From: Cirrosporium novae-zelandiae
Lineage: Eukaryota
DNA: 64,000 nt
Direction of reading: 5' to 3'
Assembly: GCA_026023565.1 (NCBI GenBank)
Contig: JAPETS010000069.1
Location: forward strand, 1-64,000
In this document: in pieces, positions 21,636 to 33,617 of the stretch
How the letters are laid out: the number at the start of each line of letters is the position of its first letter
Position numbering within the stretch: the first letter of the stretch is position 1
Program-made: the position numbers and the translations under genes
The notes under the pieces: model-generated
The model's database searches: none
What the model saw: only the letters and a program-made list of their open reading frames with translations
Told to the model about the DNA's origin: nothing

Positions 21636-22037
21636 GGGGACGGCGGGGGGACTCAGGGTGATGGATATTTTTAGATGTTTAGATTTTGGTTTAGGGTTAC
21701 CGTTACCGTACTATCTTATCTATTAATCATAACTACAATTAGGTTAATTATCGATCTATATCCCCAACTCTAATATCCGGCAATGATCGGGTACATGTAA
21801 TTAATCGCGGATATCTACCTACCTCATGTCCTTCTTTAGTAAATTAAATATATATATATATATATACACCTATAACGGACAGAGATATAAATAGGAAATA
21901 TTGGAATGTGGGCGGGAAAAAAAATATTTACCTATATATCTAGATATTTATTATTCTTTTATGCTAATTAGAAGAAAAAAAAAGCCTTTAGATGTTTGCT
22001 TATTAGACTAGGTAATTATAATTAAGTTAAACAAAGT

Positions 22038-22188
22038 TGTTACGGTTCCCCATTAGGTTAGGTCATTAGGGCACACGCCCGAGGCTCACCTTATAAGGTG
22101 AGCCTCCACCCTAGTCTAGCATCATCAACCAATACACATATCACCAAGTTAGATCTAGTCATTCACCAATGACCTAGGTCCCCTGACA
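22038..22188. mobile_element. Solo LTR-like element (151 bp)
   Basis: TGTTACGG...CCCTGACA termini. The flanks AAAGT and AAGGT form a 5-bp TSD with one transition. The element is GC-richer than its AT-rich surroundings. Confidence 0.65.
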
Positions 22189-22503
22189 AAGGTACAGTAA
22201 ATAATTAACGCGAATCTCGCCAAGAAAAAACAAAACCAAACGAAATATGAAAATAAAAATAAAAATAGGCAAGGTAAAACACACACACACACACACACAG
22301 CCCTCTCTTGAGAGCAATCTCACCCACCCACCCATTCCTTCCTTCCATCCTTCTTTCCTTTCTTTCCAGCGGCACACACAACTATCTTCCATGTCATATC
22401 CACAAAAAAAACCAAACCAAACCAAACGGGAACAAATAAGGCACGCCTTTTTTTTAAATATATTTTTTTCAAACACGCTCCGATAAAAACAAAACCTGCT
22501 TTT

Positions 22504-22565
22504 GTATATATATATGTCTCTCTCTCTATCTATATATATAGAGAGAGAGAGAGAGAGAAAGAGAC
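22504..22565. repeat. Compound (TA)n/(TC)n/(TA)n/(GA)n microsatellite forming an imperfect palindrome
   Basis: GTCTCTCTCTCTATC-TATATATATA-GAGAGAGAGAGAGAGAGAAAGAGAC. Confidence 0.85.
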
Positions 22566-23365
22566 TTTGGTAAGTGGGGTGGGTGGGGCATATATATATT
22601 TTCGAAATAGGTTCCTTGGTAGAAATTTTCTATGGGGGGGGTTGGTTTCTGTGCTTGTTTGATACCTTTTTTTTGGAGGCGTTTAGGGGAAGTTTGGGGG
22701 GGAATATGTGTTGTGTATGTGTATAGATGTGTGTCATGTATGATAAAGGTGGATAAGAATTCTATCTATACTTTTGCCTACCTACCTAACCCCCATTTAC
22801 CTAGGTTGGCTGGCTGGCTGGCTGGTTCATGGATTGCCATAGAATTTTTACTTGTTTTGCTTTTAGATCGGAATTCTGCGTATTGTAACCTTTGTAAGTA
22901 TGCCGAATTCTCAGTAAACCTCCTTCCTGCGAGAGTAGGGTTTGGTAATTACTTTTTTTTGGAGAGGGGGGAGTGGAGATATTATTTTTGTTTTTAGTAG
23001 GTCTTTGTAGGAGGTATGACGAATGTGGGTGATGGATAGATAGGGGAGAGAGGGAATGGAAGCAGGTATCTCGCATACAGTACAAGACCCAAATAAAAAA
23101 ACTTTGCGGGTAGACCCGGGGAAAGGAGAGGTCTTTGGGCCTGATTTTGTTAAAACATGTCCACCATGTGTTCGTGTTATATTTCCAATTGAAAATAATG
23201 AAAACTCCAAACCTGGACGAACAGGGCCTAATAATGGCCTTGATATCAGAAGGGATATTACATGACGCGGACAAACAAGCGATAAGCACCAACTAGAAAA
23301 AGGTCCCCAACCTCTAGTCTTTTTGTGAGCTCTTTTTGTCATTCATCCCTTCAATGGCAACAGCC

Positions 23366-25140
23366 CTAATAATCATAATGTTGAAAGAGTGCTGAAATAC
23401 TCTCTCCATGATGATTCCTCCGAATAGCCTCTGCTAACAGATTGCTTAAATCAAGCACCACCAACTTACTCGAACGTCTCAGGTTTCCCTCGCTAATCGG
23501 AAATGAATTCGTCACCACTACCTTGTCTATGCAATCACATTTCTCCATTTCATCGAGACAGTCCCCCCCAAATAGACCGTGGGTTGCCATGCAATAGATC
23601 GCTTTGGCGCCTCCGCGTTTACGAACTGTTTCTGCCGCAGCTATCCAAGAACCGGACTTGTCAATCATGTCGTCGACGATAAAGACGGTGCGATCGCGGA
23701 CGTCGCCTACTAGGGTGATGGTGTGTTCAAACACAGGGTTCTTAAAACCTTCTTCCTCGTCCTCTGAAGTGGCAGCCACAGCATCAAATGTACCACCGAG
23801 AGCATGATCACCGGTGGTGCGAAGCGAGGACACGGTCGATAGAAAGGAGGACGCCATGGGATCGTTCGCAGGGCTGTCGGATCGCTCAGAGGTGCGGTTG
23901 TTACTGGTGGGAGGAAGAGTAGCAGTTGAGTTTGTTAGAGCAGAAAGGGCAGGGGATGGGTGGTCGTCATCGACAATGTGACCATGAATAAAACGACCAG
24001 TCACTTGGCGAGGAGGCTGTTCATCCATGGATTCATCTCCCGAGGCCTCGTCCTCAGAGGATCGGTAGGCTATTGGAGTGCTTGGTGCAGTTTGGGCTCT
24101 TTGAAGGCGGGTACGTGGAGACGACGGAGTTCGTGGTCTTTCCGGGAGTTTTGACGCAGCACCACCAACATTGTTACTCTCACCATCAATTAGACGGTGA
24201 GGTAGCTGACTTCGAGGGCTCCCATTGACAGCACGGGTTCGCTGCCGAGGGGAACGGGATCTAGTAAAATGGTTCTCTTCAGCTATTCCGTCTATTTGAA
24301 TATCCACTTTTCCTTTCACTTCTATTTCCCCATAAAGAACACTACCATTTAGTAGCAGGCTATTATCGGCCATAGGATTGGGATAAGGCTTCTTTCGGTG
24401 GGCTGTGACCATTCCAAATTTGAGTTTCAAGGCGTCGGCGAGGGATGTGACACGTTTTGTTCCGCCGGCATTTTTACTAACAACCATAGCGTCTTTCCAG
24501 TTTGATACATGTGTACGGATCCATCGAGCGATAAGAGGTTCAGCGATCAAGTTGTCGACGGGTTGACCGAAAAAACCTTGCATTTGGGATGCCTGTAGAA
24601 ATCAGAAACTGTGATTGAGAGGGCGGAGTTTACATACATGTAGATCGACGGTAATGATATGAGAAACCCCAGCTACACCCAGCAGGTTCGCCAACATTCG
24701 TGCAGTGATTGCCCCCCGGTGGCTCTTTTTCTTCGACTGCCTTGAGTAGGGAAAATACCTACAACACAACATCAGCCGACGTCTTTCACGACAGTATCAG
24801 GGTACAAGACGTACGGCATGACAGCTATATGCAATCAGCCAACTGCTCGGCTGTAAAGCACACTGCTCATAGTTAACTAACCAGTAACTGATTTGGCCGA
24901 ACCGCCTTTGCAAGCATTTATCATGATGAGAAGCTCCATGACGCTATCATTAACATTTCTGCTGCCACTCTGAACGATAAAAACATCTTGGTCCCTAACA
25001 GAAGTGCCGATATCGACGCTCGTCTCACCGTTGCTGAATTTCTTGAGGACGCATTTGGCGGGAGTATTTCCTAGTCTTTCACATATGGCTTCTGTCAGAG
25101 CGGGATGGGAGGTGCCCGAGAAGATCTTAACCCTTCTCAT
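23366..25140 (-). CDS. PRS1: Ribose-phosphate pyrophosphokinase, Prs1-type with long non-homologous insert; multi-exon
   Basis: [36 protein letters not shown] (via a 10-nt micro-exon at 24815-24824), [32 protein letters not shown]. Confidence 0.93.
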
Positions 25141-25756
25141 GGTTGGAGGATGGTAACTTGAAAGTGTTAGGAAGTCAGAAATAAAACGAGGGCCATCTGT
25201 TGCACAAATGCAAGAAGAATCAAAGTTTTTGCTCGCAACAATTGCACTTTGACTTTGGTCGCTTGACGAACCGGCACCTATCCTATCTGATCCTTGTTCT
25301 TTGACCAAACCATTTCCCCACCATGCTTTCTCACCAGCCTTACAACGTCCCTCCATGATATTCGCTATCCTGTGTTTTTACGTTTTTACGTTTTTACCAT
25401 CTTCATATACAATGGGGAACTTTTCTTCTCTTTATTGCCGAGCCTGCATTTCGTCATCAGACCATCATGGCCTGTTGTTACCCACAAGTGCGGGAGCTTG
25501 CGGGACCTCTCTATTGGTGTCGCACATTTTGATTCCAGAAACAAAGAAACTTGTCCATGTGTCTATGCCATCAATTCCATATACTAAGCTGTTAATAATC
25601 TTTTGAGCCTAAGAAATTCACTTGCTTCCATGCAAAATTACCAGGAGACCATTCGTCATCCAGCATGAACAACCAAAGAACCATACTCAACGCCTTACAA
25701 TGCCGCAAGAAAAGAAAAGAAAAGAAAAATCCCTGATATTAAATATATAACAAGCT

Positions 25757-28700
25757 TCACATGTTCGCTAGCTCCGCATCAATCTGTCGATCCAAGAATA
25801 CCCTCCTCTCGCCCGTCAGTTCCGTCTGTAATCTCTGCTCCACCAATGCGCGAACTACAACTGGTAGTCAGTAAATTGCCCCCAAGAGGACCGAGAGGGA
25901 AATATGTATGCACTTACCTTGCTTCTTGGTAACCGTATCCAAATCAACTTCAGAAAGACATGTTTGAATAGCTTCGATAATGGAAGCATCATCCGGGCCA
26001 TTAGCAATCCGCGAAAAGTCGACGGTACTGACGGGTCGGCTGTTAAAGCCCATGGCACTCCTAGTATTGCGGAGTGGGGGGGAGGGCATACCCATGAGGT
26101 TATCGGTGCTACGAGCGCCTGGTGGCATGCTAGCACGATTTTGTTGATAGGGATTGTCTGTAAAGCGGCCACTCATGTTGCCCATTGACATTTGGCGTTC
26201 TTGGCCGGGTGGATAGTCTGCGTACCGGGTCAAGTTGGACATGGTTGACTGTCGGTTTTGTACACCACCGAATGGAGCCGGCGACCGAGGAGGGATGTAA
26301 GGGGCCCGTTGGCCAGGGAACCCGGTCAAGATGGTGGACGCCGGTTTCACGGACGAGTACATGGAGCGAACATCATCCATTTCATATTCTTCGAATCCAT
26401 CTTGATACGGCTTTTCGCCACCGACAAAAGCACGTCGTCCAGGAAGGTTATTAGCAGCAGCATAATCGTCCCACCTTTGCAATGGAATGCTACGGGGATC
26501 AAAGCCTTCGTCCTGGAGGGCGATAATTTGCTTGTTACCTTTTTCGCCAATGACAATACGGGTGTTACCCCACGAAAAGTTGTCCTGATTCCAGAAAGCG
26601 TATACAGGAAGTAGAAGGTTGAAAATGGGAAATGCCATGATGTAGATGATCATCCATCCAATGTGCTGCCATTGTCGTCTGAGAAGGAAAATGAGAGCTT
26701 GCAATCCATATACAGCTGCAATCATGATAATGGAGATCAATGGGAATTGGCCAGTGTTAGTGGCGACCTTGTAAATGAGATAAGTGATGTATGCACATGT
26801 TGCTGGAAGAATGAGGGTGCCGAAAAGATCAATGAACACAACAAATCGCATGCTAAAACAGCAGAAACCACACATATCTTTAATCAGCATCAACTCCGCA
26901 AGGTTATGGATAGTCGAATTGATCCAACGACGTCTCTGGGAAAGCAGGATGCTCCAGGTCTCGGGTGCGGCGGTAAGCGCGTAAGCATCTGGAATGAACT
27001 TGAACGACATAGTTGGAAAGTGCTTGGTCATGATAGTCGTCAGAAATCGGTCTTCACCCAGAGATAAAAGGTTCTTTTTATGAAGTGTATCCACATCACA
27101 GTCGGAATATTCAAAGATGACTTTTTCGGAAATGATCAAGGGCTTCCCTTTATCGGCAGTTCGCAGACGATACATACAAAAGCTGGTGACGTTAGCTAAA
27201 TACCAAATATTGATGGATTGCCTTACCATCCGGGCAAACAGGTCACGCTGCCGAAAAGTGACTCGAAAGCTTTGGCCAAATGATGGGATATATAATATTC
27301 ATAAACCTGAATCATGGTCCACCAACTCCGCTCTTCATTTTCTAGACTAGTCTCACCGCAGATACCGGCAATCTTTGCATTATTAGTACAAGCGGCAACG
27401 AGACGATTGAGAGCATCCTCCTTGACACTGGTGTCAGCGTCAACCATGAATACATATTCATAAAGTTCAGGGTCAACACCAATGATATTGTTAATTTGGT
27501 GAAACATCTCCAGCTCCAAAGGCGACATTGGAGCTCGGTGGTGGACGCGATTGAGGAAGCTCATCAGCAAGATCTGAGAGTCTCGCTTGCCTCTATTTCC
27601 AGGCTTGGATTTCGTTTGCTCAGACTCTTTTCCGACTTTGACAACGACAAGGTACGGTACAACATTGCCTTCGTATTCGTAGAGACCAGAATAGACTTTG
27701 CCATAATTTAGTTGTTCGTTGCCTTGACCAACTGACTTGAATGGCAGTGCAGGAGGGTCGATTTTAGGATCGACGCCGAGAATATCGAGAACAATCTTTG
27801 GCGTTGGTCTGTCGTTGCCACCTCCAACAATCATACCGTCGCAGATGACACAGATAAGTTTTCTTTTGTTATCATACTGGAGCGCGGTAAGGGAGTCGAG
27901 GCCTTTCCGTAAATGATCTTCTCCCTCGGTGTATGCAGGGACCTGGCAAATAACGAATCTATCCTGGGGGGTCGGGCGCGGCTTGGAACCAAATTGAAGG
28001 GCAGACAAGAATTTGATCAAGATAACCGCGCACAGAATGATGGTGAAAGCCAACAGCAGGTAGTTGTTGAACTGACATTTAATGGAGTCTCGAAAGTCGA
28101 CCCTGCCCACGTAAAAAGCATTCTCCATGCAGTTCAGGGCGTTGGTAAAATTGGCAGTTTTCTTCCATTTGGATGTGACATCCTCACCAGGATTGTTTTT
28201 GATCACCTCTGAAACATCGTCGGGAAGCCATGAATATGAGGACAGGTCATCCTCCAAGTCCAGGGTGTAATAGTAGTCCGTTAGATCATAAATTTTATCG
28301 TCGATAATTACCCAATCATGATAGCCTGCTTGACCCTGCTTATAAACATAACTTTTAGTCCATACCAAGTCACCTTTGTGGTATTGTTTGATCTTTGGTA
28401 AGAATCTCTTCGTGTACCAATGTGTCTCCGCTAGTTTGCTGGTAGTATCTGTTGCATAATATCCAGATACATGCTCAGCGTTTGAATACGTAAGGGTCTT
28501 ATTCGATTCAAGTTCCATTGTTTTAGAAGTAACAAGACCAGGGCAGGCAATAATAAGTGGTGGTGGGAAATATCCATCCATGTTCTCACCCATAAAAGGT
28601 GACATGTTAGATGTCGTTGTATCGATGTCTGTATCACTGTGTTGCAACTTCCAGAATTTCGTTATATCGTAGACCTTGCCATGAATACTGACGTAAAAAT

Positions 28701-31193
28701 CATTGGTTCCTTGATGCTCCGAAACCTCTTTGTTGTTCCAAGCCTTGTCGGAGTCGGGACAAAGAAGATTACCAAATTCGATAATATAAAAAACGATAGT
28801 GGCGTTGAGGAGGAAGATGAGCATCATGAGCGCTAACTTTTCTCTCCATGCTTGACGAACATCAGGCCGCTTCATACGGCCAATATGACGAAGCAGAAAT
28901 GATGGAATCCACCAGGTGCAAGCCCAAGTGAACGCAACCCAGGCTTTCCTCCCTTTCGTAATGGGTTTTTCGGTCACTGACTTTGGGTCACCCATCTCTG
29001 GGTCTAGTTCACCATAGTAGGTCACTCCATGGGTGTCGTCTCCTTTGGGTCCAAGTCCGTAATCACCACCAGCAGCAGTGTTGATTGTGCGGGCCACAGT
29101 TGGAGCGACGGAGCGGGCACCACCCATGGCACTTCTCGCCGCTGTAGCGGAGCTTTGCTGCCGGTTTAGAAGATTGTCGGTACTCTCTCCAGGAATCATT
29201 CCCTCACCCATTGGAGGGAAGAAACCACTGCCATTTCCAGGAGTTTGTGCAGAGTAACCGCTATTGTATCCACCCATGCCAGAACCATCGTTGAAAGGAT
29301 TCATTGACTTGACATCCAGCATAGTTTCCGCCTCCCACCAAGCATTCTCGCGCATCCAGATGCGCTCCTCGCCAATGACAACCTCTCCATTACTCCAGCC
29401 GCGCTCGAGGATCCAATTTTCCACGCCATCCTTCCCTTCACTACAACCAAGGACCGAGTATCGAGAACAAAACTCCTCTACATCGAAATCGGCAGTGAAA
29501 TCCATATGCCTATTACGACGGTTTGCCCACTCAGGCAGTCTCCAAGCACGTAATTGACGCGAGACGGTTCCGGCAGACCATGCATATGTTTGTGATGCCA
29601 GAGTAGCAAGAGTGGCGGGAGCGTCATCAGTCGGGTGGACATCCAGATGATACCACACTCTGGTACTGGCTAAAAGCGCAGGAAGGTCGAACCGCCCATG
29701 TTTTCCGATACTGATGCCATCTCCTTCGATTGGATACAGAATCTTCTTCACGAAGCCATCATCCTCCACTTCAACTCCCACCTTTTCAAGGATGCTCTGT
29801 CGACGATCATGCTCATAGTCGCGCTCATTACTCATGGGCCCGCTTGAAATGCCGAGATCTGCAGCAACTCCGTAAACGGCACTATTCATCTCTTTTATAA
29901 CAGATGCACCGGCTGATACGATTTCAACACCATCCCGCTTCATCTCGGCATTAATGCCAGTGGTGTCGTCAAATACACCTCGTAGCCCAACGGCTCTTCC
30001 GAGCTCTTGATTCGGAACGTCGACGACTGTCAGGCTAACAATATCGGCATCGTTTCCTTCCAACCCAGGAGAATGGGGACCAGAACTTCCACTGCTACCA
30101 GCATCTTTCGTTGGCTTAAGTTCAGCAGCAATAGCTGCATTGGCCTTTGATATAACCCAATCGACAACCGCCTCGTAGATACTGGCTATCAAAATCCCTC
30201 GTTCATCGGTAGTACATTTCTTTACTAGAACTTCCGGGTCGACCCCCAATAAGCCGCCCACATCCTCACAGATATCATCCAGGACTTCTTCGTCAATCAT
30301 GAACCCTAGCATGTCGCCGAGTTTCAGGAGACCAGCCAGCGTTGAAATCAAGTCTCGATGTGTAGCACCTTTTATGCCTATGGCTTTCAGAGCAGATCGG
30401 AAATCCTCGGCGGCGGCGGTATCATCGGCAGCTGGCAGGTATGTTGGAGGCTCAAAAGTACTAGTTCGGTTGAGTAAAGCATAGGATGATGCAGATTTCA
30501 ATCCTAAAAACTCTCTTTCAGCAGGAGTTGAAGCTGAAGTAAGAAGATAGTAAAACACGTCAAATGCTCGGTACCCAGGTTCTGCAGGAACACCCAACAG
30601 ACCAGCAGTTGTGTCAAGCCCAGAACTTGAAAGGGCTAATGACACCCCGTTAAGTTCTCCAGTAAGTGTAAGAGTAAATGAAACGGCTAAGGCGGAGTGC
30701 CGAGATGCTGAAGGATTATAAGGTGTGACACATTTTAGGAAAGGCGAAATGGCAGCAACAGCAGTATGATAGATAGACGGAATTGCAAGGGGAAGTGATT
30801 GGATAAAGGGCGTTAAAAGTGATGGTGTGCCCTGGTGCAAAGACCTATGGGTTGCAATCAGTAAAGTAGTCTTAACGGTCTTTCCTTGGATTCTTACCCT
30901 AAAACTATACATCCATCCTCTGCTCTCCTCCTCGCATGTTCCCAAGCCTTTCGGGCTAACTCAGGATCAACAGTGCCACCGATGCTCCCATCCTCTCTTA
31001 CAGTTGTCGCTGTCAACCATGTGTTGACAGTTAGACTTGTACTTGAATCAAGCTGATATGGGACTCCTGAGGTGTATGCTGTATGAAGGTTGTTAAGGAT
31101 AGTTGTGGTTGACACCTGCGTTGCCTGTTGTGGTGCCACTCGCGCAGCAGAAACATTGGAGAAGCTTGACAGTCTGTTTTGGTTAGCAGCCAT
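25757..31193 (-). CDS. csmB: Class VII chitin synthase with short myosin-motor-like domain, cytochrome-b5-like domain and DEK-C (CsmB/ChsVII-type)
   Basis: [43 protein letters not shown] and a C-terminal [15 protein letters not shown]. The N-terminal motor-like region has no P-loop. Confidence 0.93.
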
Positions 31194-33617
31194 GGCTTCA
31201 GAGGTTTATCAGATCCAAAGGGAAACGAATTCCCAATTGTATCAGGGCTAAAAGCCACTCGTCGAGTCCTTCAAGGACAAATACCCTCGACCATAAACCG
31301 TGAGAAATTTATTTTAACAGCAATAAAAATCAAAGAGGAGTGGTCTGTTTCTTGTATTAGGGGAGTTTAACTCGCTGGCGTACTCGGGGCTCTCGCGTTC
31401 CTTTGGGATTGTCGGGAAAACAACAAACGGGTGGTTGGTTGGGTGCAAAACGAAAGTAAGTGTTAGGAACGAACGTGGATTAGCGAGACAGAACGAATGT
31501 TGCTTAGATAAAGTATGGGGGTTTTTATTTTTTTATTTTTTGTTCTTTTTGTTCTTTTTGAATATAGAAATTCCAACAATGTTCAAATGATGAACAAGAT
31601 AACTCCAGATTACACTGGAGACAGGAGCAAAAAGAGGCTTCAATTCCAAATAGAGTCCAGAAAGTCAATGTGTGGCACTCGGATGGTCAGTAACCTTTTT
31701 TAGCTTTAAGACCTTTAGCAAGTTTAGCTTCAGGGAATGGTCCTGAATTCTCCTAAGGCGTTTAGTATAGTTAGGGGGCCATTGCTTGCTGCTTGAAAGT
31801 ACCTAGGTAGTCAACACTCGACTCGAATATTTGCGAATACAAAACAATCATGTCCCTGCTACGCCTGCACCAAAAAAAAAAGGTATTTGGAAAAATTGAT
31901 TGCCCAGACATTTATCATTTCACAATTATTTAAAATAATTACATTATTTTGTGAGCAAAAATGGTGAGAAGCAATTGTGTGAGTGCTTCGTGTCTAGTCA
32001 AAAGCGGCATCATCTCTTGAGTCTTAAAGTTATATTTAGACGAGATGTGTTGGATCTTCGAGATCGGTTTTGTCTTTCGTGCCTCTTTGGTTGGCGAAGA
32101 ATTCAAGGAACTTTGGGGAAGCCATCAATACAAAACAACTGGACTGGTTCCAGAATTCAAGTCTCACCCATACCAAATGTTCACATTAGTAAATTACAGT
32201 TTTTTATTATTATTTAAATACTGTGGTACACAAGTACGCGTCCACCACCATCTTCAATTGATGATTCCACTTCTGATGACTATATCTTTTCCCCTTGAAG
32301 TTTCATTATGCATTATCGTCATCATTCATCATAGTAATTAACCATGAACTGGCTTTTAACCTCCCTTTTAACTTCGACCTCTCTTTCTATGCTTGTTTGG
32401 TAGAGTTATTTATGATTACCACCATCCATCCGATCTGCAGTGGAGAATTAACCAAGAAGATCTGTTGGTTGGTGGGGTTTAAGGGTTTTTTTTTAACAAC
32501 TGTATCTCTACCTTCGAATGTACTGTGGTCCCGTGCATGTGGGCAATATTTCATTTCTTTTATATTTTTACTGATTTTATATCATGTTTCTGTTCTTGTG
32601 GAATTAATTCTCGACTTGATTACTTTTTTTTTGGATGGTTTGGGGAATTCTATCTCTAGAAAGCAATAGCTTCCACCCATGCAGTGTTGACCTATGGAAT
32701 CGAATGTTTTGGAATCGGGATCAGGTTATGCCTGCATCGGTCCACCAGATTACCAAACTACAGGGAGTAGACGGGCAGTGAAGAGAAGACGACGGCCAGT
32801 GGCAGGATAAGTGGGGTGTGATATATTCGTATTCCTAAGATAATTATAAATTACAGTAAGGAATGTACAGCGTACAGACACAGTAGATACGAGTATACTT
32901 TGTAAATTACCTATGTAATCCAGGAATGATTGGATACTTTGGATACATACTTCCAGGGAATTAATTAACCAGTTAGTGGCGATCATGAGCCCTGTGGTCC
33001 AAAGGCCAAAGGGCCCTGAAAGGGGTTTTGCTAAGAATAGTTGGTAGTGTGGGTGTGAACAGGGTGTGAACAGCATAACTGCATTAATCCAAGGATCAAA
33101 GTCAACAATGGTCGGTCCACGATCTTACTTTCTAGTTGGATATCCCCCCCCCCGGTCTATTCCTCAACGGATGGAACAAATAACTTTGGGTTAGTTACAG
33201 TATTCATCTAACCCAACTACTCTCTCTCACATCCTCTCTGTGTTTCTATATGAATTCCTTACAAACGTACTAACACAGAGTTGTCGACATCTTTTTACAT
33301 TCGCTTCTCTTCATATAATCCGTCTCTCGTTTTGCGGCATTGACCCGTGTCTGCTGCTGTCGGTTGTTCTCGCGTTGCCTCCGGTGTTTTGATTCAAAAC
33401 GCCACAATTTGCTGCAATATTGAAAGCATTCCATTATTCCCTCCGCCATTTTAGCTAACTCTTTCACTTCAACAAATACTCTGAAACGCACACAAATAAA
33501 CCATCATATCAAACCAAGATCCTCTTGTTTACACACATCGCAAAGCCCTGGTCTCATTTTATCTTGCTTTGAGGCGAGGCCTCCTCATAGGCCATATACT
33601 CCGCTAATTCGCTGGTC

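Noticed and set aside
22174..23342. Several 70-160 aa ORFs between egt2 and PRS1
   Set aside because: They translate microsatellite and homopolymer-rich DNA and contain no recognisable motifs.
23760..24400. Long Ser/Pro/Arg-rich insertion in PRPP synthetase
   Set aside because: The non-homologous region is a known feature of fungal Prs1-type subunits.
32030..32039. TTATATTTAG, an Rlm1/MEF2-like site in the chitin synthase shared promoter
   Set aside because: A single AT-rich match in AT-rich DNA is expected by chance.
31194..33617. Short ORFs between the two chitin synthases
   Set aside because: Composition is atypical of real genes. The region is most simply the shared promoter and UTRs.
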